From: Vibrio alginolyticus NBRC 15630 = ATCC 17749
Lineage (GTDB): Bacteria > Pseudomonadota > Gammaproteobacteria > Enterobacterales > Vibrionaceae
Direction of reading: 5' to 3'
Assembly (NCBI RefSeq): GCF_000354175.2
Contig: NC_022359.1
Coordinates: 1,680,001-1,712,000 of the forward strand
DNA length: 32,000 nucleotides
Shown in pieces: positions 1 to 8,256 of this stretch. Both the position numbers and the translations under genes were made by a program. Each line of letters opens with the position of its first letter. The first letter of the stretch is position 1. Below the pieces are notes generated by a model. It was given only the letters and a program-made list of their open reading frames with translations. It had not been told where the DNA came from and made no database searches.

Positions 1-2712
1 GTCAGAACAGAATCTTCATCAATGGTGTAAGAAGTTGGTCCTGCGACTGGTGGATCGTTCACTTCCATTACTGTAATGCCGGCAGTGGTGACATCCGTTG
101 CGCCTTCTTCATCAGCGACGACAACATCAAGCGTCACTTCACCATTAAAGTTTTCATTTGGAGAGAAGGTGTACGTACCGTCACCATTGATTTGCAACAC
201 ACCATCGCTGCCAGAGTAGCTCACGCTATCAATCGAGACATCCCCTTCTAAATCCGAAGAGTTTGCCAACAGTTGCGCGTCAGAAATGGTAATAGAGTTA
301 TCTTCGTGAACCGTGTAAGACGTTGAACCAGCCACCGGAGGATCATTCACCGGCGTAACGCTCACATCTACATTCGCTGAAACTGTATCTGTGCCATCAG
401 ATACGTCGAAGCTGAAGTTCACATCGCCATTGAAGTTCTCATTTGGCGCAAAGCTATATGTGCCATCTCCATTGTCAGTTAGAACGCCGTCGGTGCCTTC
501 ATAGCTGATTCCCGTTACAGAAAGGTCATCGCCTTCAATGTCGGTAGCACCTGCAAGCAGATCTGCATCAGTAAATTGAAGAGTGCCGTCCTCTTCCACA
601 CTGAATTGTTGATCTTGAGGAACAGGCAGATCGTTGATTGGATTAACGGTTAGGTCAGCGGTTGCTTGAACGGTATTCGTGCCATCTGAGATATCGAAGC
701 TGATATCGATATCACCATTGAAATCTGCGTCCGGCGTGATGGTGAAGCTACCATCGTCGTTTTGAGTCACCGTCGCGTTGCCATCTACCGAAAGATTAGA
801 TGCCGTCAGTGCATCGCCTTCCACATCGGAAGCTTGCGACAACAACTGTTCTTGGCTCAAACGAATCGAGCCATCTTCATCCACTGAGTAAGCAAGATTG
901 CCAGATACTGGCGCATCATCAACTGGCGTAACGTTAACATCAATGTTAGCAGAAACCGTATCCGTACCGTCGGACACATCAAAGCTGAAGTTCACATCAC
1001 CATTGAAGTTTTCATTTGGCGCAAAAGTGTAAGTCCCATTACCGTTGTCGGTCAGGATGCCATCGCCACCGTCGTAGCTCACACCTTCAACGGTGAGGTT
1101 ATCGCCTTCAATATCAGTAGCACCAGTAAGCAGGTCAGCGTCCGTAAAGATCAGCGTGCCATCTTCTTCCACGCTGAACTGCTGGTCTTGAGGAACCGGC
1201 AAATCGTTTATTGGGTTAACGGTTAGATCAGCGGTTGCTTGAACGGTGTTCGTGCCATCGGAAATATCGAAGCTGATGTCGATATCACCGTTGAAATCTG
1301 CGTCCGGCGTGATGGTGAAGCTACCATCGTCATTTTTGAGTCACCGTCGCATTGCCATCTACCGAAAGGTTAGACGCCGTCAGTGCATCGCCTTCCACAT
1401 CGGAAGCTTGCGACAACAACTGCTCTTGGCTCAAACGAATCGAGCCATCTTCATCCACCGAGTAAGCAAGATTGCCAGATACTGGTGCGTCATCGACTGG
1501 CGTAACACTAACATCAATGTTGGCAGAAACCGTATCTGTACCGTCGGACACATCAAAGCTGAAGTTCACATCGCCATTGAAGTTTTCATTTGGCGCGAAA
1601 GTGTAAGTCCCATTACCGTTATCGGTCAGGATGCCGTCGCCACCATCGTAACTTACACCTTCAACTGTGAGGTTATCGCCTTCAATATCCGTTGCGCCAG
1701 CAAGCAGGTCAGCATCGGTGAAGGTCAGCGTACCATCCTCTTCAATCTCAAAGGTTTTATCTTCAGGCACTGGTGCGTCATTGATTGGACGAACAGTTAA
1801 ATCAATCGAGCTAGAAATGGTTTCTTGACCATCACTGATATCAAACGTTAAGTCGAGTTCACCATTAAAATCTGTATCAGGTGTGACGGTATAAGTGCCA
1901 TCACCATTATCCACAACGGATGCATTAGCACCCACTTGCACGTTGAATGCGGCAAGATCATCGCCATCAACATCACTCGCGTACCCGAGAAGTTGTTCTT
2001 GAGTGAAGGTAATAGTGCCATCTTCATCCATGATGTATGCCAGATCTTGCCCTACTTCTGGCGCGTCATTTTCACCTTCGACTTTAATTTGGAACGTTTC
2101 GCTCGTAGTTTCGGAGTCGAAATCGTCTTCTACTTGCGTCGTGGTTTCTTCGCTGGTGTCTTGTACATCCACCGCGAAGCTCTCTTCAGTGGTTTCTGAA
2201 TCTAGCTCGTCACCACCTTGAGAACCTTCAGAGTCTGAAGAAGCACTTGGCGCAGATGAAGTTTGTACCGCTTGTCCTTGCGCTTCATTGCCTTCTGCGT
2301 CCGAACCACCTTCAGAGCCAGAGGCATCACCACCACCGACCGCTTGGGCACCCGCCCCAGAATCCGAACCACCGCTGCCCAGAGCCTGGTCACCTGATTC
2401 TCCGCTAGAAGCTACACTATCAACAACATTGGATTGTGCAGCGTCAGAGTCGCTGCTACTTTCAGTATCCTCTTCTTGAACTGCGCCACCCGAGCTCACT
2501 GCTTCTTCTTCCGTACCCGCGCCACTAGGATTTTCTCCCATCGCACGATTGGCTTCATCAACAGCATCTGCACTTTCAGCACCGGTCGCTACAGTCGAAG
2601 AGACGGTCGACTGCTGTTTTTCTTCTTTTGTCCCCGTATCCTTCGTTTCTGTTTGCTCTACCGCATCGTTAAGCTTTTCATTGTCTTTTTCTTGATTAGT
2701 GTCGCCTGCCAT
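1..2712 (-). CDS. Giant repeat adhesin, presumed T1SS substrate (5' part only; runs off the window). The frame is interrupted by a +1 frameshift at the T5 run 1333-1337.
   Basis: The minus-strand ORF 1330..2712 (460 aa) starts at an ATG at 2712 preceded by GGAGG and has no signal peptide. About 200 aa of acidic S/G/D/E/T-rich N-terminus is followed by ~95-aa modules (NDAPV..EDG..L..A.D.EGD..FNG..D.SDG). My hand translation of the minus strand from 1334 downward, in the neighbouring frame, continues the same module: NDDGSFTITPDADFNGDIDISFDISDGTNTVQATADLTVNPINDLPVPQDQQFSVEEDG... It stays open in the stretch I translated (1334 down to about 1141). The intact paralogous copy at ~755-780 reads GNATVTQNDDG, whereas this copy reads GNATVTQK-stop. 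Confidence 0.85.
330..1760. repeat. Tandem direct DNA repeat with a 573-bp period (two ~95-aa protein modules per unit), about 2.5 copies, inside the adhesin gene.
   Basis: GAGGAACAGGCAGATCG at 617 recurs as GAGGAACCGGCAAATCG at 1190, an offset of 573. Blocks ~617-1170 and ~1190-1743 align with only scattered substitutions by eye. The 330-617 copy is more diverged. Confidence 0.8.
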
Positions 2713-2897
2713 TACAGCCTCCGTTGCTTTTAGCTAACTGATCGTATTTAGAGGCAGTAAAGGACACCATTTTTAGAAACCAACTTTTTTATACAACTTT
2801 TTTCATACCTTTCGAGTTCTATAAAAACAAAAAAATTTGAAAACCCAGTATAAAGATCCTTACTTGTTGTCATTAAAGCAATTAGTGCGGTGGGATA

Positions 2898-3263
2898 ATG
2901 ATAAATATGACAAATCTGTTGCGCTCAGTCGACAACAGCCATAAAGGGCTGCAATTGCTATTAGGCGATTTTTACCAAGATTTCAGTGATGCAGGGATTG
3001 ATATTGAGATGCTGCATAAACAAAACCGTTTTGAAGCACTCAGATGTTATTCAAAAAGACTAAAGACCATTCTCGTCTTGTTATGTGATGACGACTTACC
3101 ACCAAAATTGGCAAAGCTTGAACACTTAAACAAACACCATTTCCCTGCTCCTAATGAATTGATCGAGGACGTTAAAACCGAGCTTAACAACGTAAACAAA
3201 CAAATTAGCCAGCTGTTAAAAATCGAAAATTCAATCGATAGCCGCACAGGTAGTGAATCATAG
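2898..3263 (+). CDS. Small hypothetical protein (121 aa), first gene of the T1SS operon. Predicted helical and soluble.
   Basis: The ORF lies after the AT-rich divergent promoter region. Its stop is 9 nt before the HlyD-like start, with GGGGTGG between them. I recognise no family. The true start could be ATG 2898 or 2907. Confidence 0.5.
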   Translation: MINMTNLLRSVDNSHKGLQLLLGDFYQDFSDAGIDIEMLHKQNRFEALRCYSKRLKTILVLLCDDDLPPKLAKLEHLNKHHFPAPNELIEDVKTELNNVNKQISQLLKIENSIDSRTGSES

Positions 3264-3272
3264 GGGTGGCTC

Positions 3273-4622
3273 ATGAGTAATAAGCAAATAGAACATCACC
3301 TCAAAAAGGCGCTTGTTTCGAACAACGAAGCTTCGAAGGTAACAGCAGACGATACAATCGTGCTAGCAAGTGCAATGACCAGCGTACACAAAACCTTGCT
3401 GGTTATCTTTTTGCTTTCCATGGTGGCTATCGCCGTGGCATCTCAGGCTCGTATCGACATTGTGGTGTCGGTGCGCGGTGAGCTATTGCTCGAATCTGAC
3501 ATCGAAAAAGTGCAACACCTTGAAGGCGGTATTCTAGAAGAAATGCTAGTGCGCAAAGGCGAAGTGGTTTATGAAGGTCAACCTATTGCACGCCTTCGCT
3601 CTCTGGATAGAAACACTCAACTTGATACGGTAAACACAGAGATCATTCAGCTTGAGCTAGACAAGATTCGTTACGAAAGCCTGCGCGATATGGTGGAACC
3701 CGATTTTTCTTCCTACATCGAAAAGTACCCAGAATTAGTGCAAGTCAACATGAATACCTGGCAGCAAGAATTTTCTAAAAACCGTTCCAATGAAGAGTTG
3801 ATCACTCACGATATCCAACATAAGAATTCGCTTATTGATTCAATGCTCAAGCGCCGTAAAAGCTCCGAGAACCAGCTCTCCTTGATACGCAAGCAGCTCA
3901 ATATTAAGAACACCTTGTACAAAGAGGAAATGGCGTCTTACGTCGATGTTCTGAATATGCAGGTTCAAGAGTCAAACATGGTGCGTGAGATAGAAAACCT
4001 TGATGAGTCGGTCATGAATGAGCGCTTCCAACTCGACAAACTAGAGAAGCAGTACCGAGACTTGGTGGAGAATCGTAATGCCGAGTATCAAGCACAAATC
4101 ATTCAAGCAAACAAGGACTTAAAGTTGAAACGTATATTACGTCCTCAACACTCAGATAAAGTGGATCGCCTCGTGGTTTACGCCCCTATTGACGGTGTAG
4201 TAGATAAAGTGCACTTCAACTTCCGCTCCGCTGTGATACCGCCAGGTGAAAGCATCGCGGACATTGCACCGATCAATAACGCCCTTCACGGAGAGGCGAA
4301 GATCCCGCGTAAAGACATGGGTTTTGTAGAAATCGGACAAGCGGTCAAAGTGAAGATGGATACCTACAACTTTGCCAAATACGGATTTTTGGAAGGTCGA
4401 ATTGCATCGATCAGCCGTTCTTCTTATGAAGAAGAAGACGCTGAATTCTACCTCGCGGAAATCCAAATCAGTCAAAACTATCTAGAGCGCGGAGGCACAC
4501 AATACAAGCTGTCCCCTTATATGGAGTTTACCGCAGACGTGAAAACAGGTTCACGCCGGGTGATCGAATACGCAGCGAAGCCGGTTATGTCGGCTATCGA
4601 AGACGCATTCGATGAGAGGTGA
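3273..4622 (+). CDS. HlyD-family T1SS membrane fusion (periplasmic adaptor) protein.
   Basis: 449 aa with a short cytoplasmic N-terminus and one TM segment (LLVIFLLSMVAIAVA). It then has the lipoyl-like motif (VQHLEGGILEEMLVRKGEVVYEGQPIARL), a long coiled-coil middle region, and a C-terminal beta-barrel-like region ending in a second hydrophobic-rich segment. This layout is typical of HlyD/LapC. Confidence 0.85.
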   Translation: MSNKQIEHHLKKALVSNNEASKVTADDTIVLASAMTSVHKTLLVIFLLSMVAIAVASQARIDIVVSVRGELLLESDIEKVQHLEGGILEEMLVRKGEVVYEGQPIARLRSLDRNTQLDTVNTEIIQLELDKIRYESLRDMVEPDFSSYIEKYPELVQVNMNTWQQEFSKNRSNEELITHDIQHKNSLIDSMLKRRKSSENQLSLIRKQLNIKNTLYKEEMASYVDVLNMQVQESNMVREIENLDESVMNERFQLDKLEKQYRDLVENRNAEYQAQIIQANKDLKLKRILRPQHSDKVDRLVVYAPIDGVVDKVHFNFRSAVIPPGESIADIAPINNALHGEAKIPRKDMGFVEIGQAVKVKMDTYNFAKYGFLEGRIASISRSSYEEEDAEFYLAEIQISQNYLERGGTQYKLSPYMEFTADVKTGSRRVIEYAAKPVMSAIEDAFDER

Positions 4623-4625
4623 TGG

Positions 4626-6857
4626 ATGAGTAGCAAACCTTCTTACAATATTTCCGTTCCTGTTATGCGCCTAAGCATCGCTTTCAGCTTGATGCTGGCT
4701 GCCCTCGCCTTTTATTTGTATATCTCTTGGGAAAAAGTGGATTCAGTCGAGAAAGTGCAAAACGCGCCTCTTTTGGTTCAAGCTCAACAGCTCAACCAAA
4801 CTATCGAGTTTGATATTCAAACGCTTCAACGCTGTTTAAGCGCACGTTATTGCAGTACAACAGAGCTTGATTTTGAGGTTCTGAAAGACGAAATTGACCA
4901 ATTTAAGTCGCTCGCGTCACTCAACAAAACCGAGTTTAGCTTGGTGGGCGCGACCGAATACACGCAGCTTGAACTGGCAATCAATCGGTTCTCAGACAGC
5001 CAAAAAACACGCGACGATGTGTTGGCACTGTACCTCTCGCTCACCAATAACTACCTACAAATGGACGACAACTACAGGACCATATTTAACAACCATGCGA
5101 GCGACCTAATGATGGAGAAAAACGAGTTCTTCATTTGGTTGTTTGTGGTCGTTGTCGTACTGGTTGGTATCGCAGTGCTATCGAACTTGGTGGCAATCCT
5201 TAAACTGAAAAAATCCAGCTCGAATGAGCGTGACATTGATCAAGAATTCGACGGGCTTTATCAAGAACTCAAACAACTGGATTTACAGAGGTTGGAAGAG
5301 TTGCTCAATGAAGTGAGCATCAATCCGAAGCAGCGTCAGATCTACTCTCACCTAAAACTGATTTTCAGCAAACTCGAAGAGCAAAAACGTAATAACGATC
5401 TCTACAAGCAGCTCTATGCTCTGATTGGTTACGAGATTCGTGGCATCACCAACACTATTAACGGCGGCGTGCAATATCTCGTTCAAGAGACCGATGAGAG
5501 CGGCGTGTTGATGGCGCAAGATATAACCTCGGCTGCCAATACCCTGTCTGAATTGGCAGAGAACTATAACCGACTCATTTCACAAGGGACCGAGAGCAAA
5601 TCGAAAGAGTTTTCACTGCTTAATGTGCTGTCTGAATTGATGATTCACATCAGTTCAAAAGTGCAGCGAAATGAAGGTGAGCTAGACTGCTTTATCTCGG
5701 ATAACTTACCAAACCGTGTTGAAGGGCAATCCACCAGCTTATTCTGGGTGTTGTTCCTACAGCTATCGAATGCCATCCAACTCAAAGCCGACAAAAAACT
5801 GTTTGTCACCATTGAATCGGGCGCAGCGTCAGACATTGAAAACACTCGCCTGACCATCAATCTAAACTTCTTAACCACACTGGATGTGCCGTTTGCCAAG
5901 CTCAATACACTACACTGGAGCGACCATAAACAGCACACCGCAACCAAAGACGATTTGGCGAAAAGCGTACTGAAAGATTACGGCTATTACGAGAGCCATT
6001 GGTATCAATCGGGCAATCAGGAACGTTTTCAAATTCAGCTCGATTTGAAAGCCAAAAGCTTCCACACCGAGAAAACTCGCTTCGATAATAAGCGCCTATT
6101 ACTGTGTGCCAACTCTCAGCTGCGCATTGATGTGATGAACAAAATGTTAGTCAACTTGGGCTTAGAGATTACGCCAATTCGCACACCAAACGAGCTCTTC
6201 TCTGCGGCAAAAACCTTTGGCGAATACGATGCCATCATGCTGACTGACACGTTCGAGCCAAACAAGCTGCCCTCACTGAGCAAAACGGTGAAATCGCAAC
6301 TGCGCAATCACCCAAATACTAAATTGCTGCTTTCAGTCACTAGCACTCAGCAAGCACAAGAGAGCCATACCTTTGTCGACAAGATTCTGAACTCTCCTGC
6401 GATTCCGTATGAGTTCATCCCTAACCTATTGGCAATCATGGAAGCGGAAGCCTCTGAAGATCAGATGGAGAACAGCTCATTCCTGATTGTTGAGGATGAC
6501 CGTGTTCAACAGATTCTACTCAAACGTATTTTGAGCAAGCAAGAATACGAAGCCGACACCGTTGGCGATGGCGCAGACGCTGTTCAGCACTTCATGAACC
6601 AGCGCTCGGATATCATTTTTATGGACTGCATCATGCCGGGTATGGGCGGCATTGAAGCAACCAAACGCATTCGACAATACGAACAAGAGAGCGGACAAAA
6701 CCCTTGCACCATCATAGGTGCGACAGCATTGACCAGCAGTAATGAACACCAAGCTTGTATCGAAGCTGGAATGGATTACGTGATCAGCAAACCTTATAAA
6801 AACGACGAAATCATCAAGGTGATCAACAAGTATGTGGCGGTACAGAAACTTAACTAG
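4626..6857 (+). CDS. Membrane sensor with hybrid histidine-kinase-like architecture: degenerate DHp (Tyr replaces the phospho-His), degenerate CA domain, pseudo-receiver, and an intact C-terminal receiver (REC).
   Basis: Two TM segments (aa ~15-33 and ~167-190) flank a ~130-aa periplasmic region. The H-box-like segment LYALIGYEIRGITNTING compares with the consensus FLAxMSHEIRTPLNxI, with Tyr269 encoded at nt 5430-5432. An N-box-like LQLSNAIQL is present, but I find no DxGxG / GxGxG boxes. The terminal REC has EDD, FMDCIMPGMGG (Asp at nt 6624-6626), ATALT and SKPY. Confidence 0.75.
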   Translation: MSSKPSYNISVPVMRLSIAFSLMLAALAFYLYISWEKVDSVEKVQNAPLLVQAQQLNQTIEFDIQTLQRCLSARYCSTTELDFEVLKDEIDQFKSLASLNKTEFSLVGATEYTQLELAINRFSDSQKTRDDVLALYLSLTNNYLQMDDNYRTIFNNHASDLMMEKNEFFIWLFVVVVVLVGIAVLSNLVAILKLKKSSSNERDIDQEFDGLYQELKQLDLQRLEELLNEVSINPKQRQIYSHLKLIFSKLEEQKRNNDLYKQLYALIGYEIRGITNTINGGVQYLVQETDESGVLMAQDITSAANTLSELAENYNRLISQGTESKSKEFSLLNVLSELMIHISSKVQRNEGELDCFISDNLPNRVEGQSTSLFWVLFLQLSNAIQLKADKKLFVTIESGAASDIENTRLTINLNFLTTLDVPFAKLNTLHWSDHKQHTATKDDLAKSVLKDYGYYESHWYQSGNQERFQIQLDLKAKSFHTEKTRFDNKRLLLCANSQLRIDVMNKMLVNLGLEITPIRTPNELFSAAKTFGEYDAIMLTDTFEPNKLPSLSKTVKSQLRNHPNTKLLLSVTSTQQAQESHTFVDKILNSPAIPYEFIPNLLAIMEAEASEDQMENSSFLIVEDDRVQQILLKRILSKQEYEADTVGDGADAVQHFMNQRSDIIFMDCIMPGMGGIEATKRIRQYEQESGQNPCTIIGATALTSSNEHQACIEAGMDYVISKPYKNDEIIKVINKYVAVQKLN

Positions 6858-8256
6858 CTGCGTATTGGCAGCGCTTACATTGAGCAATGCTCCTTCAGCA
6901 ATGGCGACCACCTTGCTTGAGGCGGTCAAACTCGGCTTGGAAAACAATTTATCTCTGCGCGCTAGTGACAAAGGCGTGGAAGAAAACGAATACAACATCG
7001 ACATTAGCCGTTCTAAGTTCCTGCCCTCTTTAAACGGTGCCGCTGATACCACATGGAATGAAAACGAGACCATATTAACGGGAACACCGGATACGCGTTC
7101 TAGCTACAACTCAAACAGCTACAGCGTGTCTTTATCTCAATCGGTGTTTAACCTTGGCGACATCTTCAAATACGGCACCGCGAAGCTTGATTTCAACATT
7201 GAAGAAATCAAACACGAGAACAAAATCCAGAGCACCATTTCTGAAATCGCGACTCAATATTTCGAGTACCTGAAAAACAACGCGCAAATCAAAGCCACCA
7301 AAGTCGAGCTTAAATCTTCTGAAACGCGTGAACGCCAAATGCGTCGCAACGTGGAGCTTGGTAACACTGCGGCGAGCGAGTTGTATGAGGTGATTGCTCA
7401 GAAAGAAGGCATTGCCAATCGCTTAAGAACCTTAGAGAAAGACCGACGTGTGATTTTGAACGGTTTAGAGATTCAAGTTCAATACCCGGTCACCCCATCG
7501 CAGGACATCTACGAAAGCGTGCCCTTGGCGGAAATCAGCGAATCCGAACAACGCGCGATTCTTGAACAAGCTTTGAAGCTCAATAACGACTTATTGGTTG
7601 CGAAGAAGACCGTAGAACGAAGCCGAAGAGGCTTGAAAGAAAGCGGTTCAAACTTTGTGCCGACCGTGTCGCTCTCTGCCAGTTACCGTTACGACGATGC
7701 GAACAACTATGACCGAACCGACCCAACCGCAACAGGGGACAGTAACTCCACCAGCGTCGGTTTGAACTTGAATGTGCCGATTTTCTCCGGCGGTTCGGAT
7801 TATTACGGTTATCAAAAATCTTCAACTGCTATCGAGCGAACCGAGCTACTTTACCAAGATTCGTTGTTCACTACGCGCAATAGCGTTAACACCTCGGTAC
7901 TCAACATTAATGACTTCTCCCGCGCTATTAGCAGTTACGAGAACATCATTCGTGCAAACTACGCTTCCTACAAAGGCATTCAACGCGCTTACCAGCTTGG
8001 CACGCGAACCATTACCGACTTACTGGCAGCGGAGAGTAAACTGTTTAGCGCGCTACGTGATTACGAGAGCGCGCGTTATGACTACATCATTGAATCAATC
8101 AATCTTGAGCAAATCAAAGGCATGCTGTCGGTGCAGTCCATCGAAAGCATCATGCAATTGATGAGCGATATCGAAGGCAGAAGCAATCAAGACTTAGTTC
8201 CAAAACACCTTCTCTCCAAACCATCGATTAAGAAAGGAGGTCGCAATGCAAACTGA
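6832..8256 (+). CDS. TolC-family outer membrane factor dedicated to the T1SS.
   Basis: The signal peptide is MWRYRNLTSCVLAALTLSNAPSAMA|TT. The mature N-terminus LLEAVKLGLENNLSLRA... and the two-repeat TolC-like layout fit the family. The start overlaps the preceding gene by 26 nt. Confidence 0.85.
   Translation: MWRYRNLTSCVLAALTLSNAPSAMATTLLEAVKLGLENNLSLRASDKGVEENEYNIDISRSKFLPSLNGAADTTWNENETILTGTPDTRSSYNSNSYSVSLSQSVFNLGDIFKYGTAKLDFNIEEIKHENKIQSTISEIATQYFEYLKNNAQIKATKVELKSSETRERQMRRNVELGNTAASELYEVIAQKEGIANRLRTLEKDRRVILNGLEIQVQYPVTPSQDIYESVPLAEISESEQRAILEQALKLNNDLLVAKKTVERSRRGLKESGSNFVPTVSLSASYRYDDANNYDRTDPTATGDSNSTSVGLNLNVPIFSGGSDYYGYQKSSTAIERTELLYQDSLFTTRNSVNTSVLNINDFSRAISSYENIIRANYASYKGIQRAYQLGTRTITDLLAAESKLFSALRDYESARYDYIIESINLEQIKGMLSVQSIESIMQLMSDIEGRSNQDLVPKHLLSKPSIKKGGRNAN

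Noticed and set aside
1246-2733. Plus-strand ORFs 1246..1800, 1936..2199, 2003..2221, 2288..2479 and 2434..2733, and minus-strand ORF 2202..2393.
   Set aside because: All lie antisense to, or out of frame within, the adhesin gene. Their products are low-complexity mirror images of the repeat and acidic regions. None has an RBS or any recognisable fold.
2713-2897. A possible c-di-GMP riboswitch (GEMM-I) in the adhesin 5' leader.
   Set aside because: I read the minus strand of the leader and found none of the conserved GEMM-I elements (no GGCAAACC...GGGACGCAAAGCC-like core). The leader is only AT-rich sequence with an RBS.
6516-7073. A 185-aa minus-strand ORF spanning the sensor/TolC junction. 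Similar long antisense ORFs occur at 8524..9081 (-), 10452..10880 (+), 4152..4475 (-) and 5645..5947 (-).
   Set aside because: They are antisense to well-supported T1SS genes and lack start context and recognisable motifs. They are typical shadow ORFs.
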